NCBI GenBank assembly: GCA_951406725.2
Contig: OX597836.1
Coordinates: 186,001 to 250,000 of the forward strand
Length of the DNA stretch: 64,000 nt
Direction of reading: 5' to 3'
From: Octopus vulgaris
Lineage: Eukaryota
Position 1 is the stretch's first letter; each line of letters opens with the position of its first letter. Position numbers and translations under genes: made by a program. Positions 1 through 11,337 of this stretch are shown piece by piece. The notes below the pieces were generated by a model, which had not been told where the DNA came from, searched no databases, and saw only the letters and a list, made by a program, of their open reading frames with translations.

Positions 1-688
1 TCTGGTGTTCCCCTTCATCTTGGAGACAATCAAAAGTCACAAGAAGGAAGGTCTGAACTATAAAGAGTTTGATGGATAGCTTTGACGACCATCTCTGTCA
101 AGTAGTTCCATCACCAGGATGGAATTGTGGATTGGTGCAGGTACCACTGACCAGAGTGAAAGAGCTCTGACCTTTTGCGACGAAGTTTCTTCCCGAACTC
201 CCTCAAAACCTCCACAAAGTGTTGACCGTCTGACAAGAGGGAATCTAGTGGGTGGTAATGACGTCATTGCTATTGAAAATGGAGCTCAGCATGAACTTGT
301 TGGTGGACTTGCTTTGCCTGGCCTTCTTGGGTCTTGGGGAACTAGGACACTTCTGTTGGTTACTGTATCTCTTGGTCTTTCGACCGTAAGACCTACCGTC
401 ACGGGTCACCAGAACTCAAATACTCTTGGATTGAAGGTAATGAGCTCAGCCATCTCCGTGCTGTCACCATTGCATCTTTCCTTTACACACATTTTATGCA
501 TGGTCAGATCTTCATGGGTAATTGTGTGGATAGTTGCCACACCAACTCCAAACTGTATGCTTCTGGGATGAAAAGTTGGCAAGTCAGCTTATTAGATGTT
601 TAGTAATGATAGACTAAAGTTACAATAATCCAGGACTGTTACAACTGCCTCGCCTAAAAATACCTCAAACCTTCTGGGATGGACCCCG
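1..688 (-). mobile_element. Degenerate mariner-type DNA transposon (runs off the window start)
   Basis: Minus-strand fragments PSSPRPKKARQSKSTNKFML, IHNSILV and YSSDLPSCDF (mariner YSPDLAPxD motif), with frameshifts; likely end TA|CGGGGTCCATCCCAG at ~690. Confidence 0.8.
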
Positions 689-1059
689 TACAGTTTTGTG
701 TGTGTGCGCGCGCGCATGAATGTTCCTTCACTTGTTAAATTGATATAGTTTATTATTTCTTCCTTCAGTAAGTGACTTCGAACAATACTCTCTACACAAA
801 TGAGCTTCTGTGCGATAATAAAGCATGGATGTTAGTGAGAAATTTAACTGTAACTCTATATTTCAAACTGAAACCGCACTTCATGAATAAATAACAGAAT
901 GATTTATAAATGAATGTTAGCAAAATTCTTCGTCGTGTTTTGGAGTGTAACATAAAGCAATGACAATATAATAAATTAAAAGTCACTAGAAATCTAGGTT
1001 AGTTGCTATATATTTTACGAGAAAATTCTTATTAAGCTTCCATTATTGGACGGCAAAAA

Positions 1060-1265
1060 AAGTGGCGAGCTGGCAGAATCGTTAGCACCCCAGACAAAAT
1101 GCTTAGCGGCATTTCACCTGTCTTTTTGTTCTGAGTTCAAATTCCGCTGAGGTCGACTTTGCCTTTCATCCTTTTGCAGTCCACAAAATTAGCACCAGTT
1201 GAACACTGGGGTTGATGTAATCGACTTAATCCCTCATCCAAACCTGCTAGCTTCGTGACAAAAAA
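1060..1265 (+). mobile_element. tRNA-derived SINE
   Basis: A-box-like TGGCAGAATCGTTAGC, B-box GAGTTCAAATTCC, body GAGGTCGACTTTGCCTTTCATCC, (TTA)n tail. Confidence 0.8.
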
Positions 1266-1307
1266 TTAATTATTATTATTATTATTATTATTATTACTAC
1301 TACCAAA

Positions 1308-1575
1308 ACGGCGAGTTGGCAGAAGCGTTAGCACACCGAGTGAAAGGCTTAGCCGTATTTTGTCTGCTGATACTTCTGAGTTCAAATTCCGCCGAGGCCG
1401 ATTTTGCCTTTCATCCTTTCGAGGTCGATAAACTATGTACCAGTTACGTAATGAGATCGATGAAATAAGTACCAGTTACGCACTGGGGTCGATGTAATCG
1501 ATTATCTCCTTCCACCAAATTTCAGGCCTTCCGCCTTTAGTAGGAAGGATGATTATTATTACTACTGTTATTATT
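1308..1575 (+). mobile_element. tRNA-derived SINE, second tandem copy
   Basis: Same A/B boxes and body as 1060-1265; internal duplication of TACCAGTTACG. Confidence 0.8.
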
Positions 1576-1699
1576 ATCATGTTTGCCAGGGAAGGACGTC
1601 TCTTCGACGTGTTTTAAATTTTGAAGGATCAAAAAATGCAAAAAAACATTCTCATGAAGTACTCAACATCCAAGAATCCATTGAACAACAAACCAATCT

Positions 1700-2320
1700 C
1701 AAAAATGTTGTCTATAAAACTTTAGCCACAAAAGTAAGAAAATAGAACAGGCGACACAGCAGCAAATTTGGAGCACCAAAACCTATGAGAGCAGAGGTAA
1801 AAGCACAGCACAGTTAAGACTAGCTTCTCTAAAGAGGATTAGGCCTGGAAGTACTCCATAATAAGCTCTAACGATTGACAAAATGCTTATCATCATCACA
1901 ATTTCACTTGGCCGTAGGGTAGTTAAAGTAAAAATAGCCAACGTGCCACCAGAAATAAATATTTGCATGTTGGTGGCACTTAGCCTTTTTGATAGAGAAG
2001 GCAAAACCAACTTTATTCAAATACAGAAACTGCAGAAATAAAATAGATCAAGTCAAGGGATGGAGTTATTGGTCAAAACAGATTTCCAAAGCATGGAATC
2101 CATACTGGATCTGATTAATCTACCAGACAGTACAAAACTATACGTAACTTTTGAGGGTTTAAGGCTGTTGTTATTTCGTGGTGACACAAACTATCCCAAG
2201 GCTTTCTGCAAGAATTTTTGTGATGATAATATTTCCATTAGGTTTTTGGAAAGGAAAATCAAGGCCACCATTCGATACCCCTCTCTTTAATCTCTGCCAC
2301 ATCATTCATGACTGTCAACT
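1700..2320 (-). mobile_element. Highly degraded non-LTR reverse transcriptase fragment
   Basis: Residual RT-like words (ALxF..KALG/D, GVLPGLIL resembling GVPQGSIL) with many disruptions. Confidence 0.35.
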
Positions 2321-2763
2321 CCAACTCAAAAGCAAATTTCCATCAAAATTGCTGGCTTTGTGTCCATAATAGAAAGGATTATTATTACCACAATCAGAAA
2401 GACCACGAAATTACAACAGCCTTAAATTGATTCTCAATTTGTGTCATTTCCTAATGTGTAATGGCTTCTTTCCCTTTGTCTCCTTTATTCATCCAATTGT
2501 TGGTCAGTTGGTCAGTAAATATTTCTTTCATTATTTTATCACAGACTTAATCTCCCTCTCTCTCTTAAACAATCTCAAAAGTAGCCCATCCTCTGCATGG
2601 TTGTTTATTATGCTAGAAATACCAGGGATCATGTGGATATATTATAAGCATACCAAATAGCCAATATATTCACCTGAGATTGTTTTTCCCAAAGTTTGCA
2701 GGGGCGAGTTCAGTTTTGTCTCCATTTCCATTCAGCTGATCTTCTATAGCTTGAAATCATGTT

Positions 2764-2830
2764 CAGATTAAGAGGCTCGGATGAACAGATTAAGAGGCTC
2801 GGATGAACAGATTAAGAGGCTAGGATGAAC
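2764..2830. repeat. 22-bp tandem repeat x3 (CAGATTAAGAGGCTCGGATGAA)
   Basis: Read directly; one substitution in copy 3. Confidence 0.9.
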
Positions 2831-4294
2831 ATAATAGCAATTTGAAAGTGCTTTCATCTTATCCTTATGGTTTTAGATTACCTCCTCAAATCCTTCACTA
2901 AATGTTCATTGCCTTGGTGGAAAATAACATGCTTTTTCTGTGCATGTGTGCATTAGGTATGCATGTATGAGACAGAAAAGAAGAGTTTTGAACATCCACT
3001 TGGTTGGGTTGTTAAAAAAGTCACATTTGAGGTTTATATATATTTTTTGTATAATAATTGGGTAGGAATATATTTTGCTTAGTTTACAAATATATTTAGT
3101 TTGCAATGAAAGCATATGTGCATTAATATATTTTGATCACGTGTAAAAAGAAATTGTTTGTTATTAAAAAGAAAAATGCTTTATTTTAAAAAAATTGCAT
3201 GTTCAGAATCTCTGATGTTCAAAATAATTTTTAAAGGCATAATAAAATGTTCATTATAGAAAACTAACCATTGTTTATAGCACATGAAATTGTGTAACAT
3301 TTCTTTCATCAACATATATATGTGTACATTTTACTATTAATAACTTATATAAATATACAACTTCATAGTACAGAAATGGGAAATTATATTTTACCATTCC
3401 TCTTCATTATACTGAACTATGGTAACATGAACAGGGGAAGTAGTAAGACATTAAAAGAGATTATCATGCAATTTAAGATTTTAAAAAACACTCACGGTGA
3501 ATTAAAGTTTATTGTTTGGTTGAAAAGATGTTTAAAACCACATTTTGATAAAAATATACTAAAACTGGAATTTATAAGAATTTTCAGACAAAAGACATTT
3601 TAATTGCGACTTTCTTTCAGTAAAAGTTATGTGATTCCAATTAATCTTTAAGCAAGTTTCTCCATTACAGTATAAATGTGTATCATAACAATCTTGGTCT
3701 TTGGATTTATTTTGTGTGTTGTAAATTATATGTGGTGTATGCTCATGTTTTTTACAGCTTATGTCACCTAGTGAGAGGCATAAAATGAAATATCTGACCC
3801 AGGGAATAAGCAAATACAGCGACTGCCAGCATAACATTATCCATCATACTTGCAATCACAGACATGTAACCTGTTAGAAATAGCAGCAAAATCTCCCTCA
3901 TATCAAAAGTCACTTTCTTAGAAAATAAGAATACATCACATGCGGTGGACCTTGATAAAGCGATTAAGGTAAAAAAAAAGAAAAGAAGAAAAGACTAGGA
4001 TGATCAAATGTAGGATTCTTTTGGACATAAGGTCAACCTGGATGTTGGGACTAAACAACTGCTACACTTACAATTTGAGTAAAACAAATAAATAAATAAA
4101 CTGCTGAGACAAGAGAGAAACGAAAGAAGTGTATGGGGACATTGCCTGGCTGGTTTGCTTGACTGAGTCGAGTAAAGAAATATATGAAAGGAAGATCATT
4201 ATCAGCCAGTATAGAATGTGTGCCAAGCAATTAAATACTTGGCTTATAAATTTCTAAACCCTTTTCTCCCTACACACACACACACACACACATA

Positions 4295-4327
<33 letters not shown>

Positions 4328-6339
4328 GTTATTCAATAAGCAAAATTTCCATTGAGAAAATTTGCCCCAATTGATGAGTGTTGATGATTCAAAATTAGTT
4401 GGTGGTTAATTACTTTTGCTAAAACTAAGGATAGTTATTTCCATTACCCTTCATTCTTTCTCTTCTCTTCTCTCTATACTTGCACACACACACATACACA
4501 CATACACAGTGATTTTAAGAGATGTGTCTTAAGATGTCTACATGAAAGACTTCAAGAGAAGCTAACTGTTAAGCTGCCATCTCTCACAGCTAAATAGTTA
4601 ACAGTCCTTTTGTTAGTGAAATAATTCCCATTACTTAGAGGGAGCCTCTCTATGGTCATTCACCTACAATAAATAGCAGCCAAATCTCCCTCAAATCACA
4701 CTCTAAGGAGGTTGAGTTGGAAAATGTAGTGTTAGAGATACCATATCTAAATAAAAATAGGACATCTCTGATCTTAAATACACTCAAACAGGGTAGACGT
4801 ATGTGAAAGGTTTTAAAGGTCGTGGCTTTCATAGCCTTTATATTGAATGTTTCATCAAAATATGTTTTCCTTTCAAATTTATTCCTTATTAAAGCAGAAA
4901 TATTGATTAAATACATTTTCCTACTTGTTTAATCCCAGGCCAATCCCTTTTAAGCAAACCTATAATCAAAGATGTTGAAATTATGACCATATTACATTTA
5001 TTCAAACATGTCTAAGATTATATAACCCAATGCGACCAGGTCGTTTCCTTTTTTTTCTTTACTTTTGAACCAGATTATCTGCTATGTAAAAAATTTTGCT
5101 CTTATTTCTACCGGTTTAATCAACCATGTAAAGATTTTCCCCATTGCCAAAATAAGTCTGGTGCAGTGGAAATGAAAATATAATTACAGTAGAGCATGGA
5201 ACTAAGTTTTTTTATTTCTTTTTCCAGATACAAGAAATGCCATATGTTAAAATGATAAGATGTAATTTGAGGGAATTTGGCTGCTATTTCTAGCATGTTA
5301 ACTCTCCATTGTGAGATTAACTCAAGTAATTTTCATATTTCTAAAGCATTCTTTGAGGAATTTCATTACATTACTCTCTGCTCCCCACCTATTTGTGTTT
5401 ACTCTCTTCTGCTTTTCATAAAATTGGAGTGGTGTGAATTTAATATGAAACAATCTCAGGTATTTACATTGCTCTATGGTCACCTGTCACTTAAAAAGTA
5501 TTAGTGGTAAATCAAAAATTATGGCTTTATAGCTGAGAAGTTTGCTTGGCATCCATGTGGTTCCAGATTCAACCCCACTACATGACACGTTGGAACAATA
5601 AATTGAGAATGGAATTTAGCACATGGATACTGTATGGAATTCTTTTCAAGTGTGTGTGCACATTTGTCCATTCTGCTAACATCTGTTGACTACACATTGA
5701 GCAGAGCCATTTCCATGAAGCCGACTCCTGTCAGTTTCTCGGTTTCTTATTGGAGCTTTTACTTTTACTTCCCCATCTGAAACTTCATTTTTCTAATTCT
5801 ACAACAGATTCCGCTGTAAGAATGAAGTTATCAGCTTATTGTAGTTCCCCCTTTTTCTCCTCTTCTTTCTTTATGTAAGCACTTGCCTCTGATGGTTTCC
5901 AGAACTGCAGGTAATTGTAATTCATAGAGTAGTGATTGATTATTTAAATTAGTGGACATGTGCAAGAGCTCCCTACAACCTGACAGGTGTTCATGCAAAT
6001 CTGCATTCCAGCTGCTGACAATAGCCCCTCAATTACCCACCACTCTTGCTATCAGGTTCTTGAATTTAGAGCCACTATAATTTTGAACAATGAAAGGTAG
6101 GTTGGGTGAGATTATTATGTGCAACAGGTAATAAAGGAGGGACGCCTTAGCTAAATTCTTCACAAGCAAAGAACAAATAAGTTCTTTTGGGTAGTTTGAC
6201 ATATTTTGGGTAGAAAAATAGGTGATCCAGGTTGTCAGAGCATGTGGTAAGATAGTTTAGCTAAGACTAGTTTTGGATAAATAGTGGCATTAATCTCTGC
6301 TTATGCTCCTCAATGAACAAAAAAACAAAAACTTTACCA

Positions 6340-6813
6340 TGCCATTTTGCAGATTACCTTGATGACAAATGACAATGACCTTATTTCCATGGTTGGTGAA
6401 GTCAAGACATGTTGGGTAGGAATCTGATGGAATCATGGTCTACACTGAGGCTTTGATCATAAAAACGAGGAGGGAAGAAAGCTGCTGGAGTTCCATGATG
6501 CAAATGACTTGATTTGCAACACTACAGAAAGCCAGCCAGCCATCTGATCACCTATTCAATCTCATAAACATCAAAATCAGATTGACTTCATTTTCTCACA
6601 AGATAGACATATGTAGCAGATGCACAAGAGCAATATACACTAAGAATACACTGGAAATAGATTTTCTCAAATACTCTGGAGCTGGTCGATAGTTTGTTAC
6701 CTGGGTAACTTAATTAGCAGTTGCAGAGAATATTCTGTTAGTATAGTTGCTTGCAAGAATAAGAATAAGACAGAAAAAGTTTAATAAGCTATTACTTCTG
6801 TTGATAACAAAAG

Positions 6814-6846
<33 letters not shown>

Positions 6847-7110
6847 AGAGTGAAAGGCAGATTATAAGATGCTTGTGTACAAATAGCAATGCTACATGGT
6901 AGTATGATGTGGGTCTGAATGCAGAGGACATGTGAAAACTAGGACAAAAAATAATTTAATATACTCTGTTGGATGAGGAACATCAGTGTATGTGTGTGAC
7001 AAAGTGCAAATGTGTTGAGCGAAAAGCTGGGCATAAGAGGAATCAGATTATAGCATCCAACAGACAAGACTGTGTTAGCGTGGTCATGTGATGTATATGC
7101 ATGACGAGGA
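6340..7110 (+). mobile_element. Degraded RTE LINE fragments (EN part joined to C-terminal part)
   Basis: Nucleotide similarity to the 11949-14903 element (e.g. GCTGCTGGAGTTCCATGATGCAAAT; GTGAAAGGCAGATTATAAGATGCTTGTGTAC). Confidence 0.7.
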
Positions 7111-8099
7111 ACAGCCATTTACACAAAAATGAAGAGAATAAACTCCAAACAGCCAGTGGCATACATTTGGATAACACAGACAAATACAGCTATATCAAAT
7201 ACCATACAACATAAATTCTTGGTTTATGAAAATTATGTCTTGAGGATGTGTCATAATTATCAAGTGGTAATTAAGACCAGCCACACTTGGGAAGCAGAGA
7301 TAATCTCAGGATTCAAGAATTCTCCAAAGCCATTCAGGAAAAGGAAAGGCAAATGAGGAGAGTAAGCTGTATATTTGTATGGCTATTTATCTCTAGAAAC
7401 ACTTTTGTTAATAGTCATTACATCAGAAATTGAACCAAACCAGTCCATTTTGCTTTTGTTTCACAAAATTGTTTTGTGCCTTTGTGATGAATCTATTAAT
7501 ATACTTTCTTCTTTGCACAATTTTCTGCTTTGATACATTTGTCCCTATTAACACGTTTTTCTCCTTTTGTCTCTCTCTCAGTGTCCTTCTCTACACTTTA
7601 CATACCCACATTATTTATGCATCAGCTTTTACTGTGTCTGCAAGCTTTGTTCTTTATCTAACCTTATTTCATGCTCTTTCGAATTTGCCACATATATGAA
7701 GCCTTATCTTTTCAATCCGTCTAAATTATCTCATCATCATTCTACCATGGAACTTCCAAGTTATAACAATTCAACATGAAATTTACTTATATATATTCAA
7801 GCAAACATGTATCCTTGCAACGTTTTCCTTCCATCATTTTTTTCATTCTCTTCTTTCTTTCTCTCACATTTTGGTTTTTCTGTCATTTTTATTTATTTAT
7901 CTAATCATTTATTACTATTTGTTTATATAATCCTTTATCAAAATGTTTTTTCATTGGTACTCCTTGTATTATTTCTCGTGTATTTAATTCTCACTTCACT
8001 TATATTCTATTTTAAATTATCTTGCTTCTGTATTTAGAAACAAGATGTGATTAAAATAGAATATCTTATTCTATGAATATTTATACCTGATCCTAAAAG

Positions 8100-8460
8100 T
8101 TTTACCTGTCAGGTAAATGGTCTTGTTTGACATGTAGAAATGGTGTACTCAGTGCAAACTATGGACACATATGAGGTGCAGTGTAATCAAAGGAAAGTTA
8201 AGAAAAAATAGACTTTGTTTGCAGTCGATGCATGGAGCAACAAGCACTGAGAACATGTGGGAAACAGATTTTCTGGGATGCCCAGGAGGCTTTGTAGGGG
8301 CAGGAGATAGCTTCTGTTACCTAGGTGACCAAGTTAGAGCTGGAGGAAGTTTTCTAAAAGTAGAGTTACGAGAATAAGAACTGTCTGGAAAATGTTTGGA
8401 GAACTATTACCTCTGCAGGTAACAAAAAGCTTCTCTCTCAAAGTGAAAAGTAGACTGTGA
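8100..8460 (+). mobile_element. Degraded RTE LINE fragment (zinc-finger to C-terminal region)
   Basis: ORF 8171-8377 DSFCYLGDQVRAGG matches DSFRYLGDQVSSGG of the intact copy. Confidence 0.7.
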
Positions 8461-8989
8461 TGCCAGTGCATGAACAGCTAGATATTAATCCCCTTGAAGA
8501 TGACGACTGATCAAGATGGACAGAGATATGCTGTGCTGGGGAAGACCCATTCATTTCAGCAAAAATGAGGTCCTGTCTACCCTTCCCCAACAACTCATCT
8601 TCTAACACCCATTCCTCCATTAATCTTCTGAGGTTCTATTCACTCAGATGCTGTAAATGATATCACCTATCTCCTTCTCTTTCCAGATATGGAAGCCATA
8701 TATTCACCTCTTCAGCGAGAGACTGGCTCCTCTCCCTCTGTCAGACTTTCTTATCCCTCAGCACTATGCTCCACACAATAGAGGGAGTCTTGTCTAGTAC
8801 TACTTGCTGACATGACCTGTGCTGGTGACAAAAACAAAAAGCATGCAGTACATTCTATGAAGTGGCTGGCATTAGGAAGGGCACCTAGCAGTAAACATTG
8901 GAACTCAGCACAGCCCTCTGGCTCATCAGTTCATGTCTAATTGTCCAAATTATGCTAGTATGGAAAAAGGAACTGCAGGTTTTTGGCAA

Positions 8990-10520
8990 GGATAACCAAA
9001 ATGGCTCATCTAATGAAGAATGAAAAGAAGATAAAATGCAGTATGCTAGGGTTCTGCAAAACATATTGATGGAAAGAAATAAACATGAGATGAACAGATG
9101 GAAGAGTCATGGGGATGGGAAAAGCAAAAGGTCTGAGAACAACAGGTCTTTGCCGTAAGCAAAGAATATGCTTTGAAAATTATTTCCTACCAATTGTCTT
9201 CTTCATGTAGCGGAATGAAGAAGATGCCACTCTGAAGACTATCCAGATTTATGCTCCCACAAATGCTAGTGAAGACAATTAAGTAGAAGAATTCTACTAC
9301 GAACTAGAGAAAGTGTTGGCTCACATATCCACAGACACCAAGGTGATGGGAGATTTAAATGCAAAGGGTAGAAAAGGACTGCAGGGAGAGAAGTATGGAG
9401 AAAAGTTTAGATCAGAAGAGAGAAATGAAGGAGAACATTTGGTTAGCATAGCAGAGGCAAGGAGACTTTAAATCGGGAACAGCCTATTCAGGAAGATGAA
9501 CCTGGATAGCTCCAAACACTATGTACAAAAATGAAAACAACTACATTGTGGGGATATAGTTGTAGACAAAGGGGAGTTGGAAAGGGTATACGAAGCCCTC
9601 CACACCAACTTTTCTAAATCATCAGTGAAGATTCATCCTTCACTGTCACAAATGTTGAAAGAAGTGCCACTTATTCTGGCCAGTGAATCTGAAACTGTCA
9701 TTAGACTGATAAAGCATACAACACTCAAGGACAAAAGAAGATTTTTAAAGAAAACTATCAACCCATATACCTCTTCTATCAATAAGCCTTTTACAAAGGT
9801 CATAGTCATCAGACTACTGAAACAGCTTGATGACTAGCAGCCGAGGGAGCAGGCAGGTTTCCATAAGAACTATAGTACAATGGATCACACATTCAATAGC
9901 TTATAAAACGTGTGAAAGAATACAAGCTAGTTGTATGCATTGCTTTTGTCAGCTATAAATAAGCCTTCAATAACATCAAGATGACCACAGAGATGAAACT
10001 TCTAGAAATGCAAGATGTCGAGGTGCAATACACCAAACTGCTCAGCAATCTGAACTCTGGATGCACCATTGATAAACTCTCCTATAGCCAGATGGCTGGA
10101 TGTGATTAAGGAAGATCTCCAGAAGCTTCACACCATCTTGGTGGATGCAGAGGGGCTGGCATGGGACTGCCAGCAATGGGGAGCACTAGTGGACCTGGTT
10201 AGCTCTATTCGTGATGATTCTTCTGGGGCCACTAACCTTTGATGACCCCAGTCCCATCAAGCAAACAAATAACCATCAGTAAGAGTTCCAGTTGGTAAGG
10301 GACTCAAACAAGGGGATATGGTCTCTTCAAAGCTCTTCACTGCATGTCTTGAAATGGTCATCAGAGACACTGACTGGACAGATAGCCTGAGCGTCAATGG
10401 CAAGCTACTAACACACCTCTGATTCACAGATGACATCATACTCATTGCTAAAATCTATAGACCAGCTGCAGACCATGCAGACTGAGCTGCACTCCCAAAG
10501 CATAGCAGTGGGCCCCAAAA
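8990..10520 (+). mobile_element. Old RTE-clade LINE of a second family (EN+RT, disrupted)
   Basis: IQIYAPTNASED, GDLNAK, QPREQAGF..NYSTMDH, KGLKQGDMVSSKLFTACLE and HL*FTDDIILIA in shifting frames. Confidence 0.75.
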
Positions 10521-10574
10521 TGGACTTCAAAATACATTATTTGAAAACATAGCACGAGGCTGAATAGAGATGAG

Positions 10575-11337
10575 AAGTGATGACACTGAATGTCCATTGT
10601 CCATGTTGGCATGGGTTGGGTGATTTGATCAGGGCTGATAAGCTGGAATACTGCACCAGACTCCAGTCTGATTTGGCATGGTTTCTATGGCGGGGTGCCC
10701 TTCCTAACGACAACCAGTCCGAGGGTGTACTGAGTGCTTTTACGTGCCACCAGTACTGATGTCATTTGCGTAACACCAGTATCTGCTAGGATTACAATTT
10801 TACTTGGCTTGATGGGTTGTCTTCTCAAGCATGGCATAATGCCAAATGTCTTGGCCATTCGTCATTGCCTCCGTGAGGTCCAACACTCAAAAGGTGCTTT
10901 TCATGTGCCACCAGTATTGGCCACCTTTCCTCCATGAGGCCCAACACTCGAAAGCTGCTTTTTACATGCCACCAGTATGGATGCTAGTTATATGACACCA
11001 GTATTGGCCATGACTATGATTTCACTTAGCTTGACGGGTCTTCTCAGGCATAGCATATCACCAAAGGTCTCGGTCACTAGTCATTGCCTCCATGAGGCTC
11101 AAAGTTCAAAGATCATGCTTCACTACCTCGTCCCATGTCTTCCTGGATCTATCTCTACCACAGTTGGAGATCAGCACTATTTTACACGGCTGTCCTCGTC
11201 CATATGCAACACATGACCATACCATCTCTCTTGCACACCACATCTCATGCTTCTTATGCCTAACTTTTCTCTGAAGATACCTACACTGTTGTACATGCAC
11301 ACTGACATTGAACATCCAGCAAAGCATACTGGTTTCA
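10575..11337 (-). mobile_element. Older 5'-truncated RTE copy (ORF end + 3' UTR)
   Basis: Encodes [35 protein letters not shown]; 3' UTR similar to the adjacent young copy. Confidence 0.85.

Noticed and set aside
119-571. 150-aa plus-strand ORF as a gene
   Set aside because: It is the antisense frame of the mariner transposase relic.
1060-1575. tRNA genes
   Set aside because: A/B boxes are present but there is no cloverleaf, and they continue into a SINE body and tail.
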